This document shows positions 36,109 to 45,699 of a stretch of DNA of 54,648 nucleotides, piece after piece. This DNA comes from a virus (lineage: Duplodnaviria; Caudoviricetes): positions 1 to 54,648 of IMG/VR virus record IMGVR_UViG_3300025433_000326; one strand, given 5' to 3'. The notes under the pieces were generated by a model. That model worked only from the letters and a program-made list of their open reading frames with translations. It searched no databases and was not told the origin of the DNA. The position numbers and the translations under genes are program-made. How positions within the stretch are numbered: the first letter of the stretch is position 1; each line of letters begins with the position of its first letter.

Positions 36109-37463
36109 CAGCAGGCGCGGATTGGGAGAGCGGCCGGTCCTGGCGGATCACCGATAAGGAGAGAGAGCAGATCGCTGAGATGCTGCAAGCCGGGCAAGGC
36201 GCCCGAGAGATTGCCGCCGCAACCAAGCGCAGCCTTCCCACGATCTACAACCACATGAGGGACATCAGAGCCGGGCGATTGCCGACAGGCGCGGCACGGA
36301 TCACCGATAAGGAGCGGAAGCAGATCGCTGAGATGCTGCAAGCCGGGCAAGGCGCCCAAGAGATTGCCGCCGCAACCAAGCGCAGCCTTCCCGCGATCTA
36401 CAGGCACATCAGCGACATCAAACCCGGGCGATTGCCGACAGGCGCGGCACGGATCACCGATAAGGAGCGGAAGCAGATCGCTGAGATGCTGCAAGCCGGG
36501 CAAGGCGCCCAAGAGATTGCCGCCGCAACCAAGCGCAGCCTCTCCACGATCTACAACCACATGAGGGACATCAGAAGAGCCGGGCGATTGCCGACAGGCG
36601 CGGCATGGATCACCGATAAGGAGCGGAAGCAGATCGCTGAGATGATGCAAGCCGGGCAAGGTGCCCGAGAGATTGCCGCCGCAACCAAGCGCAGCCTTCC
36701 CACGATCTACAGGCACATCAGCGACATCAAAGCCGGCCGATCGCCGGAAGAAGCCAGGCGGCGGTGGCGGCAACGCCGGGATCTGGAGGCGGGCGGTTCC
36801 GGCTGCCTGCCGGCTGATCAGCCTGTCAATGTGCCGCTGCTGATCGAGCGCTACGCCCTGGGGGCCTCGATCGGAAGCCTGGCCAGTAGTTTGCGGATCA
36901 GCTATCACCGTGTTCGAGCATTGATCGTTGATGCCGGGGTGCCAATCCGGCGAAATGGAGCCAGGGGGCCAGGCCCTGAGAGGAAAGGACACCTGTGGAC
37001 CACGGCAGAGGCCTCAGCCTGCCGCCGAATGATGGCCCAGGGCCAGCGCCAGGCAATCATCGGCATGGCGCTGGGGCGAAGTGAGGCCTCAATAGGGGCA
37101 TGGCTCTACGACCAGTCGAGGCCCGGCCGGCCCGAGCGCGCCGCCACGATCTCCCGCCGCCGCCGCGGTGACCTGCTCCCTGAAGAAACGCCAGAGGTGG
37201 AGGTGATGGATCGGATCGTTGCTGGTTGGCTGGATGGCGAAAGCGTGGTGGATCTGGCGGTTCGCCATCGCCTGCCGAGCCCGATCATCTCCGGTGTGCT
37301 GCGGCAGCGTGGTCACCATTCAAAGAAAGGCCGCAACCCGGCGAAGCTGAAGAAGCAGGCCCAGCAAGCCGCCCTGGCTACCTGCGCCAAGCACCTGCCG
37401 GCCTTTGGCGGTAACGAACTGGTCCTAGCTTCACTTCAGGCGCGAGCATCAGGCCGTGGCTGA
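36105..37463 (+). CDS. multi-HTH DNA-binding protein
   Basis: Four near-identical HTH repeats plus three more HTH-like segments. Confidence 0.75.
   Translation: MTAGADWESGRSWRITDKEREQIAEMLQAGQGAREIAAATKRSLPTIYNHMRDIRAGRLPTGAARITDKERKQIAEMLQAGQGAQEIAAATKRSLPAIYRHISDIKPGRLPTGAARITDKERKQIAEMLQAGQGAQEIAAATKRSLSTIYNHMRDIRRAGRLPTGAAWITDKERKQIAEMMQAGQGAREIAAATKRSLPTIYRHISDIKAGRSPEEARRRWRQRRDLEAGGSGCLPADQPVNVPLLIERYALGASIGSLASSLRISYHRVRALIVDAGVPIRRNGARGPGPERKGHLWTTAEASACRRMMAQGQRQAIIGMALGRSEASIGAWLYDQSRPGRPERAATISRRRRGDLLPEETPEVEVMDRIVAGWLDGESVVDLAVRHRLPSPIISGVLRQRGHHSKKGRNPAKLKKQAQQAALATCAKHLPAFGGNELVLASLQARASGRG
36144..36740 (+). repeat. 4 x 153-156 bp coding repeats
   Basis: Units start at 36144, 36297, 36450 and 36606 (ITDKERKQIAEML...TKRSLPTIY). 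Confidence 0.95.
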
Positions 37464-37884
37464 GGTCAAGGCCATCTCAAAGGCGGCTGAACGCCGCTAC
37501 CAGGTTCATGCCCTTCATCGCTGGGTGGTGCGCGATGGGTACGGGCCAAAGCAGCTGATGGACGCCGCCATCAAAGGCTGGAAGTGTTCCCCCCGGGTGG
37601 CCTCTGGATTGGTTGCCGAGGCCCTTGAGCTGTCGGTGACAGCGATCAGCCACTACGACCGCATTCGGATGGCATCTGTTCAGGTTGAGCGGATGGAGGC
37701 CCTGCTGCAGCGCTCCCTCCAGCAGGGTGAGCTCCAGGTGGCCCTGGGCGTCAATCGTGAGCTCAACGCCTTGATCTTCAAAGTGGCTGAGTTTGAAGCG
37801 GCTCAAGAGGAAGCGGCGGCCGCCATTGCCCCATCACTGACAGAGGAAGAGCAGGAAGCGGCTGATCGCGCCGGGGACTTCTAG
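37456..37884 (+). CDS. putative terminase small subunit
   Basis: Helical 142-aa protein immediately before terL. Confidence 0.5.
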   Translation: MAEVKAISKAAERRYQVHALHRWVVRDGYGPKQLMDAAIKGWKCSPRVASGLVAEALELSVTAISHYDRIRMASVQVERMEALLQRSLQQGELQVALGVNRELNALIFKVAEFEAAQEEAAAAIAPSLTEEEQEAADRAGDF

Positions 37885-37887
37885 CCC

Positions 37888-39429
37888 ATGGCATGGGATG
37901 ACAATGCGTGGGCTGAATACGACGCCAAGAATCGGGCCCTGATCACCCCCTACCAGTTCCCGCATCACGGCTTGCACCGCCCGCGCAAACGGGTGCAGCC
38001 CATCTTGCGGCACCTCCCGCGCAGGCCGCTCTTCACTGGATTGATCGGATCCAATCTGTGGGACAACCTGCCGAAGCAGTGGCCGCATTTCGCGGCGCGA
38101 ACAACAATTGCGTCTCAGGGGAAATACCTGCCCTTCATTCCCTGGGAGGTCCAGCTGGATCTGGTCCGAATGATTCGGAGCACCCAGAACGTTTACTGCC
38201 TGAAATCAAGGCAAACCGGCGTTTCCGAAACGGTCATCAATTACATGCTGATGATGGCCATTGAAAACCCAGCTTGGGTGGGCATCGTTTTCAGCAAGAC
38301 CGGCGAGGATGCGTCAGAGCTGGCGGCCCGCATCAAAGGCCAGGCGGCCAGCCTTGGTTCCTTCTGCCCGCCCCTGCCAAAGGATTCTGCCCGCAAGCTG
38401 CAATTCCTTGGCCGTGGATCGCTTCACTTTCTGCCGCCCACTGAACGAGCGGCCAGGGGAATCCCATCGGCCTCCATGGTCCTGTTCGATGAGGGCGCCT
38501 TCATTGAGAGGCTGAGCGGGATTGAAACCGGCGCCATGCCCACCCTGAGCCTCCTGGGCCCCAGGGCGCGGGCGGTGTGGGTCAGCACCCCCAACGGCCG
38601 CAGCGGCCGCTTCCATGAGCACTGGACCACTGATCACGGCGAAATCCCGCTAGGGCCGGCCACGGTGAACGGGATTCCAACCCTGGCCCGTTCACCCGAT
38701 GGTCAGTTCGGCAAGGTTGCGATCCACTGGAGCCAGCATCCAATCTTTGCCGCTGACCCTGACTACCAGGAGAAGACCAAGCGGAAGTTTCAGCTCACCC
38801 AGCAGCGCTACCAGCAAGAGTTTGAGCTCGACTTCACTGCCACCGATGCCGAGGTCTACCCGCACGAACTGATCGAGGCTGCTGAGGCCATCGGTGCCCT
38901 GGATGATCCAACCAGCGGGAACGTCTACGTGATCGGGATCGATCCCAACGGCGGCGCCGATGATGAGTTCGTGACCACGGTTCTGGACGTGACAGCCAGC
39001 CCCTGGCAGGTGGTGGCCCGGTTCAACGACTCGCGCCGCAGCAGGGATTACGGCCTGCAGCGCAGCGCCCGGCTGATTGACCAGTTCGCCCCGGAGCTGA
39101 TCGTCATCGAGAAGAACGGCGTGGGTGCTGCGGTGGCCGAGAGCCTGGCCCGGCTTCGCCCTGGATACCCGATCGAAGAGGTTGCCACCAGCCGGCCGTC
39201 GAAGGTCGCTATGACCGATCGGGTGCTGCTGCTGCTGGAGCAGGGCGAGCTGGGCCTGCCGCCCAACGACATCTACGGGGAACAGATGCGAGTCTTCCGC
39301 CAGCACCCAGACGGCACCCGCGAGGCCGCCGCTGGCGCGCACGATGATGCCGTGATGTCTCTGGCCATGGCCTGCGAGGCCGGCGCCCGCACCCGGCCGA
39401 TGGTGGCCGAATGGGTCAACATGACCTAG
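37888..39429 (+). CDS. terL: terminase large subunit
   Basis: LKSRQTGVSE (Walker A), VLFDEGAF (Walker B), STPNG, IGIDP, IEKNGVG, HDDAVMSLA. Confidence 0.95.
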   Translation: MAWDDNAWAEYDAKNRALITPYQFPHHGLHRPRKRVQPILRHLPRRPLFTGLIGSNLWDNLPKQWPHFAARTTIASQGKYLPFIPWEVQLDLVRMIRSTQNVYCLKSRQTGVSETVINYMLMMAIENPAWVGIVFSKTGEDASELAARIKGQAASLGSFCPPLPKDSARKLQFLGRGSLHFLPPTERAARGIPSASMVLFDEGAFIERLSGIETGAMPTLSLLGPRARAVWVSTPNGRSGRFHEHWTTDHGEIPLGPATVNGIPTLARSPDGQFGKVAIHWSQHPIFAADPDYQEKTKRKFQLTQQRYQQEFELDFTATDAEVYPHELIEAAEAIGALDDPTSGNVYVIGIDPNGGADDEFVTTVLDVTASPWQVVARFNDSRRSRDYGLQRSARLIDQFAPELIVIEKNGVGAAVAESLARLRPGYPIEEVATSRPSKVAMTDRVLLLLEQGELGLPPNDIYGEQMRVFRQHPDGTREAAAGAHDDAVMSLAMACEAGARTRPMVAEWVNMT

Positions 39430-39509
39430 GGCCGGCCTCTCGCTTGAGCGCCTGCAGCCCCAGGGCCCGGGCCTGATCAGCAGGGCTCCGCCCGCCCGGG
39501 TTCAGCGGT

Positions 39510-39806
39510 TCAGCGGCCATTGTCAGGCCCCTGATAGCGGCCTTCGAGCATCTCACCCCGCAGTTCTGGGCCTTGTGACTGATCCCAGAGCACCCGCAGC
39601 GTTCGCGGTTGCCCGCGGGTCCAGCTCACGGCACCCGCGGCTCTCAGCCCTAGCAGCGCCGCCTGGACGCTTGAGGTGGCCTTCAGGCCCCGCGCCCGCT
39701 GCAGATCCCGAACGGTGGGGGCGTAATCATGCCGGCGCCCGAAGGCTCGGATCGCTTCCAGCGTTTCCGCTTGGGGCCATGTGAGAGCTTCCTCTTGGGC
39801 GTCCAT
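39510..39806 (-). CDS. LexA-type DNA-binding domain only
   Basis: LTWPQ...YAPTVRDL...GLKATSSV...L...G...PRTLRVL; no protease domain. Confidence 0.8.
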   Translation of the reverse strand: MDAQEEALTWPQAETLEAIRAFGRRHDYAPTVRDLQRARGLKATSSVQAALLGLRAAGAVSWTRGQPRTLRVLWDQSQGPELRGEMLEGRYQGPDNGR

Positions 39807-39853
39807 CCTGCGGTTCTTTGCCTGTAAGTATGCACTCTACTGGCACACCTGCA

Positions 39854-40735
39854 CTAGCGTCGAAAGGTGCTGAACAGGCCCAGCTGGTCGCTTTCCCTGC
39901 CCTCCAAGCGTTCTCGCAGGTTGATGAGCCCGGAACGGCTGAGGCCTTTGGCCTGCTCCAGGCCCAGCCCCATCCCTCTGGCCACCTCGGCGAAGGTTTC
40001 GCCGTCAAGGCGCCGCAGCATCACCTCTTGCTGTTGTGGCCAGGGCGCCAGGGCGCAGCTGACTGCCTGCAATTGCTGCTGTCGCCGTGTTGAGGCATTG
40101 TTTGAGCTCGCCTGAATCGCTGTCAACAGCGTGTTGCTTTCGCTTTCGTCATCATTGATCAGGACATCCAGCGAGGCCTGCCTGTGGCAGGCTGCCGCCA
40201 GGGCCAGGGTCTGGAGGTCAGCAGGCGATAGATCCATCCCCGCCATTGCCTCTACATCGGTGGCCGGCCGGCCATGCTCAAGCTGGAACCGCTCCCGCCA
40301 CTGCCGCAGCTGGTGCATCCGTTCGCTTCGCTTCACCGGCACCCTGATGCCGTTGGCGGAATGGATCAACCGGATCATGCTCTGCCGGATCCAAGGCACG
40401 GCATAGGTCGAGAACTTGTAGCCGCGCATCGGGTCAAACTTTTCAACTGCTCGCGCCAGCCCGATCGAGCCCTCCTGGATCAGATCGGCGACATCCAGGG
40501 AGATGATGCCCGCGACATTGAAGGAGCGGCTGCACGTCACGACCAGCCGCATATTCCGGGCCACCATCTGCTCGCGGGACCGCAGCCCTGAACGCTTCAC
40601 CCGCAACGGGGCGTCAGCTGGCGACGGTGGCCAGTCTTGCCAGGCTCGAATGGCTCGGCCATGGATCAGTTGCTCTTCAAAGGAAGGGATTGGCAAGCGC
40701 GAGTACGCCTGTAGCTGATCGTCCAGCGAGCTCAC
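39854..40735 (-). CDS. sigma-70 family RNA polymerase sigma factor (RpoD/group 2-like)
   Basis: NMRLVV, DLIQEGSIGLARAVEKFDPMRGYKFSTYA.WIRQ, IRVP, region 4 HTH. Confidence 0.93.
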   Translation of the reverse strand: MSSLDDQLQAYSRLPIPSFEEQLIHGRAIRAWQDWPPSPADAPLRVKRSGLRSREQMVARNMRLVVTCSRSFNVAGIISLDVADLIQEGSIGLARAVEKFDPMRGYKFSTYAVPWIRQSMIRLIHSANGIRVPVKRSERMHQLRQWRERFQLEHGRPATDVEAMAGMDLSPADLQTLALAAACHRQASLDVLINDDESESNTLLTAIQASSNNASTRRQQQLQAVSCALAPWPQQQEVMLRRLDGETFAEVARGMGLGLEQAKGLSRSGLINLRERLEGRESDQLGLFSTFRR

Positions 40736-40840
40736 AAAGGGGAGGTCTAATCAGGCCGGCCCTACCCTACGGGGCTCGTCATCGTTGCTCAGCAATCAAC
40801 AGGGGCAGCATTAACCTGAAACCACGTAGAAGGCTACAGA

Positions 40841-42751
40841 TTGGCCATCGGATTCCTTCAGGATCAGGCGCCTGATTCCAACCGGATGGATGGGCCGCTG
40901 TTGAACGTGCTCACCGGCATGGGCACGTCCAACGACCGCAGCCAGGCCACTGGCATCCAGGGCGGCCGTGCTCTGGGCGAGGCAGAGATCAATGCGCTCT
41001 ATGAGCAATCCTGGCTGCTCCGCCGGGTGGTTGAGAAGATTCCCATGCAGGGCACCCGCAGCGGCTGGGACCTAGGCCTGGGCGATGAAACCACCACCAC
41101 CGAGCGCAGCAAGCTCGATGATCTGGTTAGTTGGACAGAAGAGCTGAAGCTGCCGCAGGCCGTGACCACTGCCGCCACCTACGCCCGCCTGTATGGCGGT
41201 GGTGCGCTGGTGGTGTTGGCGGATGATCGCACCCCCATCGACAAGCCGCTCAACCTCAAGCGGCTGCGCAGCATCAAGGGGTTCTACCCCATCGATCGCT
41301 GGAGGTTGTACCCGTCTGCAGGTTGGACGGGCATCGGTTCGCCTGAAAGCTATTGGTTTGAAACACAGCAGGATCGCGACCTGACGAAGGCTTCAGGCGA
41401 TCCAGGCCTGGCTGATGCGTTGCAGGTCGATATTCATGCCAGCCGCATCATCCGCTTTGAGGGCCTGCCCTGCAGCTGGCGCACCATGCAGTCGCGCCAA
41501 TGGTGGGGGCTGTCGGTGGTCGATCTGTGCTGGGACGTGTTCAAAAGGTTCGAGACAGGCCAGCAGAGCGCCGCGGACATCTTGCATGATTTTGATCTGG
41601 TGGTTCACACCCTCCCGAACCTGCAGCGGATTCTGGACGCGGGCGGCGAGCAGAAGCTGCGCGAACGGCTGCGAGTCAACAGCATGGCCAGGTCTGTCTA
41701 TGGGGCCTACGTCCTGGGCGAGGGCGAAACCCTGGCCAACCTCAGCCGATCAGCCGCAGGCATCGCCGACATCCTCGAAGGCCTGAAGGGCGAGATCACC
41801 GGTGCCTCAGGACTGCCCCACACCATTCTGTGGGGTGAAAGCCCCAGCGGCATGGGAGCAGATGGCCGCAGCGAGCAGGCCGCGTTTGGCAATGACGTGG
41901 CTGATTGGCAGGACCGCGATCTCCGGCCGCCCCTCCGCCGAGCGTTTGAGCTGGCCATGGCCTGCTCCGATGGGCCGTGGAAGGGGAAGGATCCACCGGA
42001 GAGCTGGGCGGTGGAGTTCCGCCCCAACTACACGCCAACAGAAGATGAGCAGGCTGATTTGCGCGGCAAGGTGGCCAACGCTGATGTTCAATACATCCAG
42101 GCCGGTGTGCTGTCGACCAACGAGGTGGCGCTGGCCCGCTTCGGCAAGCCGCGTTTCAGCCTCACGACGACGTTGATCGATCGCGAGGAAGATGGCAGCC
42201 TTAAGCAGCCAGAGCCTCCGGCCGGCGCTGCTGGCGATGAATCCGAGATTGAGTTCGGCGAAAGCCTGGCCGAGCAGGAGGCCGATCCAGGCGGTGCCCC
42301 CCCTGATCCAGAGGAAGAGCCCCCCTCGAGCCGGGGTGATCAGGCTGACGCCTGCTGTGACGATTGCGAGGCCCGATCCCAGGAGCTCGCCCTTTCAATC
42401 ACGGCGAACCGCCGCCGCCGCAAGCAGCGGAAGGACGCCCCGGCCATCCCCCGCGCTGACGCGGCCGGCGACGTGATCGAGCGCTGCGGGGTGAACATCC
42501 GAATTGATAGCCAGGGCCTCGGACGCATCCTTGCCCCCTATGGGCAGGAGCTGCCCCATCCGGTAGCGGTGGGCCCAGACATCAGCGGCGCCTGGGAGGT
42601 GTTTGAGCCATCGACTGGCGCCTACCTCCTGGCGATCGGCCACCAGCACGTCCGCGGCATCCGCGATTCAATCGGGCCAGGCCCCACGATCCGGCAGATC
42701 GATGGCACTGATCTGGTGGCCCTGGGGGCCCGCTGTGACGCCTATTCCTGA
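40841..42751 (+). CDS. portal protein (DUF1073-like) with C-terminal extension
   Basis: ARLYGG, IHASRII, WWGLSV, PHTILWGESPSG; located between terL and MuF. Confidence 0.88.
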   Translation: MAIGFLQDQAPDSNRMDGPLLNVLTGMGTSNDRSQATGIQGGRALGEAEINALYEQSWLLRRVVEKIPMQGTRSGWDLGLGDETTTTERSKLDDLVSWTEELKLPQAVTTAATYARLYGGGALVVLADDRTPIDKPLNLKRLRSIKGFYPIDRWRLYPSAGWTGIGSPESYWFETQQDRDLTKASGDPGLADALQVDIHASRIIRFEGLPCSWRTMQSRQWWGLSVVDLCWDVFKRFETGQQSAADILHDFDLVVHTLPNLQRILDAGGEQKLRERLRVNSMARSVYGAYVLGEGETLANLSRSAAGIADILEGLKGEITGASGLPHTILWGESPSGMGADGRSEQAAFGNDVADWQDRDLRPPLRRAFELAMACSDGPWKGKDPPESWAVEFRPNYTPTEDEQADLRGKVANADVQYIQAGVLSTNEVALARFGKPRFSLTTTLIDREEDGSLKQPEPPAGAAGDESEIEFGESLAEQEADPGGAPPDPEEEPPSSRGDQADACCDDCEARSQELALSITANRRRRKQRKDAPAIPRADAAGDVIERCGVNIRIDSQGLGRILAPYGQELPHPVAVGPDISGAWEVFEPSTGAYLLAIGHQHVRGIRDSIGPGPTIRQIDGTDLVALGARCDAYS

Positions 42752-44133
42752 TGGCTGATCGTTCCGTTGAACTGCTCGAGCATCTCGATCTGGAGATGCG
42801 TGGCCTGGAGGATCAGCAGCTCAAAAAGCTGCAGGGCATCTTCAACGAGGCCCTAAGCCGCACGATCCGCTCCCTGATCGACCGGCTGGAGAAGATCGAC
42901 GCCCAGCCGATCTACGATCCCAAGCGCACCCCAGGCGCCTTTCAAGGGTCAACGCCTGCAGGGCCCGAGATCATCACCCCGCTGCAAAAGAACCAGGCCA
43001 GCCTCTACCTCCAGGGCCAGCTGCTGCAGGATCTGCAGGTGATCATCGGTCGCTTCCCGCAGGACAAGGCCGCCGGCCGGGCCCTGGACACTGAACTGGT
43101 GGAGCTCTTCCGCCGCGCTCACGACCTGGGCAGCGAGTACGCCATTCAGCTCAGCCAGAACATGCTGGAGCCTGCGGCCAAGCTCTCGGCCACTCACCCG
43201 CTGATCACCCAGGCCGGCCAGGTGCCGCCGCCCGCAGCGCCTGCAGCACCAATCACCCCAGGCGGCGGCTACCAGGAAGGGCAGTCATTCACCCGGCTGG
43301 TCAACATCGGCGCAACGGTCGCCGCCGCCGAGCGTGATTTCAAGAGCCTGTCGGAGAACTACCGCCGGCAGCGCGATGCAGCCACCAGTGAACGGGTGGT
43401 CGCGGCGAAGGATTACTTCTATCGGTGGTGGCGTGACTGGGGCGATGCGGTGCAGGTGGAAACAGCCACCCAGCTGGCAACGGGCCTCGATAGCAGGGCG
43501 CTGGCCCGCACCCTCAAGGCAAGGCTGCCGAACATCAATGAGGCCTTCCGTAACCGGGCCGAGACAGTGGCCCGCACCGAAACCCACATCGCGGCCGGGG
43601 AGGCCAGAGAGCGCACGTTCCGCCGGGTTGGAGCTGGCTTTGTGCGCTACATCACCACGGCAGACGATCGGGTGTGCGAATGGTGCGCTCCACGGATGGG
43701 TTGTTTATACTGGGCAGGCAGTATTAAGACGCCGATTCATCCAAATTGTCGTTGTGCATTGTCACCTATTACCCTTGAATCGCTGGTGATTCAGAATAGC
43801 TTAGCGGCCAAGGCGTCAGAGCGCTGGGAGCAGGAGCAGCAGGCCCTGGCTGCCGTCACCCGCACCAAGTATGAGCAGGCCAACAGCAGGCCATGGCGGC
43901 CAACCGGTGGAGGTGACCAGCCAAGAGGCGCGGGCGATTTCCCGCTGATGGAGAAGACCAGCCTGCCGGCCACCCAGCGGCGCCGTGGGCCCGGTGCAGC
44001 GGTGGCGAATGCTGGCGCGCAGGCATGGCCTGCAGGCGATCCGGTGTGGGCTCCTGGGCGGGGCTGGCTGGATCAGGGGGCCCGGGTGGCCTATGAAGCG
44101 ATGGTCAGAGAGGTTGCTGAGATAGCGGAGTGA
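42751..44133 (+). CDS. head morphogenesis protein (MuF/SPP1 gp7-like)
   Basis: RAETVARTE, DDRVCEWC, PIHPNCRC. Confidence 0.88.
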   Translation: MADRSVELLEHLDLEMRGLEDQQLKKLQGIFNEALSRTIRSLIDRLEKIDAQPIYDPKRTPGAFQGSTPAGPEIITPLQKNQASLYLQGQLLQDLQVIIGRFPQDKAAGRALDTELVELFRRAHDLGSEYAIQLSQNMLEPAAKLSATHPLITQAGQVPPPAAPAAPITPGGGYQEGQSFTRLVNIGATVAAAERDFKSLSENYRRQRDAATSERVVAAKDYFYRWWRDWGDAVQVETATQLATGLDSRALARTLKARLPNINEAFRNRAETVARTETHIAAGEARERTFRRVGAGFVRYITTADDRVCEWCAPRMGCLYWAGSIKTPIHPNCRCALSPITLESLVIQNSLAAKASERWEQEQQALAAVTRTKYEQANSRPWRPTGGGDQPRGAGDFPLMEKTSLPATQRRRGPGAAVANAGAQAWPAGDPVWAPGRGWLDQGARVAYEAMVREVAEIAE

Positions 44134-44257
44134 CCACCTTGAGCGCAAGGGAATCATCTGGCAGGTGGATTTCGGCGAAACTTTTTTCAAGTTGTGCGTA
44201 ACCCTTAAATCTCGCAGTTGTTTCTTCATCCATAGCTGTAGAGGGTGGTAAGGGCAT
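44105..44257 (-). CDS. small hypothetical protein (50 aa)
   Basis: ATG directly after the CCACCGCTCCCCA leader motif. Confidence 0.4.
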   Translation of the reverse strand: MPLPPSTAMDEETTARFKGYAQLEKSFAEIHLPDDSLALKVVTPLSQQPL

Positions 44258-44286
44258 GTGTGGGGAGCGGTGGCTGTTGAGGTGGC

Positions 44287-44357
44287 GAACCTGTAAGCCC
44301 CCCTTACAGGTTCAAGCTTCCCCAATAAAGGAAGCGGTCATTTCCTTTATTGGGGAA
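44287..44357. promoter_or_regulatory. two adjacent perfect inverted repeats (11-5-11 and 16-8-16)
   Basis: GAACCTGTAAG-N5-CTTACAGGTTC and TTCCCCAATAAAGGAA-N8-TTCCTTTATTGGGGAA. Confidence 0.6.
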
Positions 44358-44434
44358 TCGCCTTCAGGGCTTGGCAAGCTCGCGCTCAAAAGCGGCAACG
44401 CATCGGCAATCTTCGGCGTGAGCCAGCAGCAGAT

Positions 44435-44500
44435 CGCTTTGCTCACCGGAAAATTAGGAGCGCAGCGAGTAATTTTTCCGAGTGCAGCAACTTGTTAAGT
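44435..44500 (-). mobile_element. integron attC-like site truncated at the crossover point
   Basis: Minus strand: ACTTAAC-AAG-TTGCTGCACTCGGAAAAATTA-CTCGCTGCGCTCC-TAATTTTCCGGTGAGCAA-AGC-G|ATCT. The methyltransferase stop codon lies inside R''. Confidence 0.85.
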
Positions 44501-45661
44501 GCTTTTGGGTTTGAGAACACGAAAAATGGATTGCCCGACTTTTTTCCCAAGCTCAGCAGGGACTGCATTTCCAAGTTGGCGCATTACTTCACCCCAAGAG
44601 CCTTCAAAGTCAAAGTCATCAGGAAATGTTTGAATTCTAGCGCTTTCACGAACAGTAAAGTAACGAACACTTCCATCTTCAAAACGAATCATATTCTCGC
44701 CTCCCGGAATACCATGCCCTCCAGCCTTCAACGCCTTGGAAGGCTCGTCAATATAACTGCCTGTATGGCCGGGATAGATTTTGGCACCACCTTTAAAAAC
44801 ATGATGGTTAAATTCATTAGCTTTTTTAGATTCAGGGTTAGGGAGATCTGAAATGGCATCGCGAACTGTGACCCATGGCTCCAACTCCGGTTCAAACATT
44901 CCATATTTTTGCTTTAACCTTTCTACTCTATTCTCTGTTTTTTCGTCCATTTTTGAGCATTGAACTTTATGCTTTTTCCAGTATTCTTTTGTAACCCATT
45001 TACTCCAGAGCAAAGCGTCCTCGGAGTGTGTTGACTGAGGAAACGACCAGTTTGCATCAACGTCTGACCTGAAACCAACGATAAATACCCGCTCTCTTTT
45101 TTGAGGGACGCCATAGTCTGCTGCATTTACAAGACGATACAATACGTTATATTCGAGATCTGCATACTTATTCTTAGTATGGTGTTTCTCTAATCGCTCT
45201 CGATGCTTTTCCCATTCTTCATTCCTTTTCTTTTCTATCGAGGGATATTGCAATTGTAATACTATATATTCAAAATATTCGAAAAAGCTTTTTCTCAACA
45301 AGCCTTTTACATTTTCAAATACGAATGCTCTTGGTTTTTTCTCTCTAATAGCCCTAACGGCTTCTGGAAACATATCTCTGGCGTCATCGTGGCCATTCGC
45401 TTTGCCGCCAAGGGAGAAAGGCTGGCAAGGTGGCCCACCTGATATTAATTCTATTGTTTCTGGTACGCTTAAATAATCGAACTTGGTTACATCACCTTCA
45501 TATACTCCAGCCCCCCGAGTAAGCAATTTATTTGCTCTTAGAGTTCGGCAAGCATCTTTGTTAAATTCAACTACTGCCTTTGGAGTAAAGCCGGCGCTGT
45601 GAAGCCCTAACGCTAACCCACCTGCACCTGCGAACAATTCAATTGAAGACATTTTAGCCAT
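44495..45661 (-). CDS. orphan DNA (cytosine-5)-methyltransferase, low GC
   Basis: LFAGAGG, GGPPCQPFS, ENV, QKRER, GNAVP motifs; sharply AT-rich compared with its flanks. Confidence 0.95.
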   Translation of the reverse strand: MAKMSSIELFAGAGGLALGLHSAGFTPKAVVEFNKDACRTLRANKLLTRGAGVYEGDVTKFDYLSVPETIELISGGPPCQPFSLGGKANGHDDARDMFPEAVRAIREKKPRAFVFENVKGLLRKSFFEYFEYIVLQLQYPSIEKKRNEEWEKHRERLEKHHTKNKYADLEYNVLYRLVNAADYGVPQKRERVFIVGFRSDVDANWSFPQSTHSEDALLWSKWVTKEYWKKHKVQCSKMDEKTENRVERLKQKYGMFEPELEPWVTVRDAISDLPNPESKKANEFNHHVFKGGAKIYPGHTGSYIDEPSKALKAGGHGIPGGENMIRFEDGSVRYFTVRESARIQTFPDDFDFEGSWGEVMRQLGNAVPAELGKKVGQSIFRVLKPKST

Positions 45662-45699
45662 TATCTAATTAACCTTCTTAACATTGTAACTAGCGATTT

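Noticed and set aside
35862-36992. 376-aa minus-strand repeat ORF
   Set aside because: Antisense shadow of the multi-HTH gene.
40841-42751. Anti-CBASS Acb1 activity of the DUF1073-type protein
   Set aside because: No convincing pair of HxT/S 2H-phosphoesterase motifs in the C-terminal extension; position and motifs indicate a portal.
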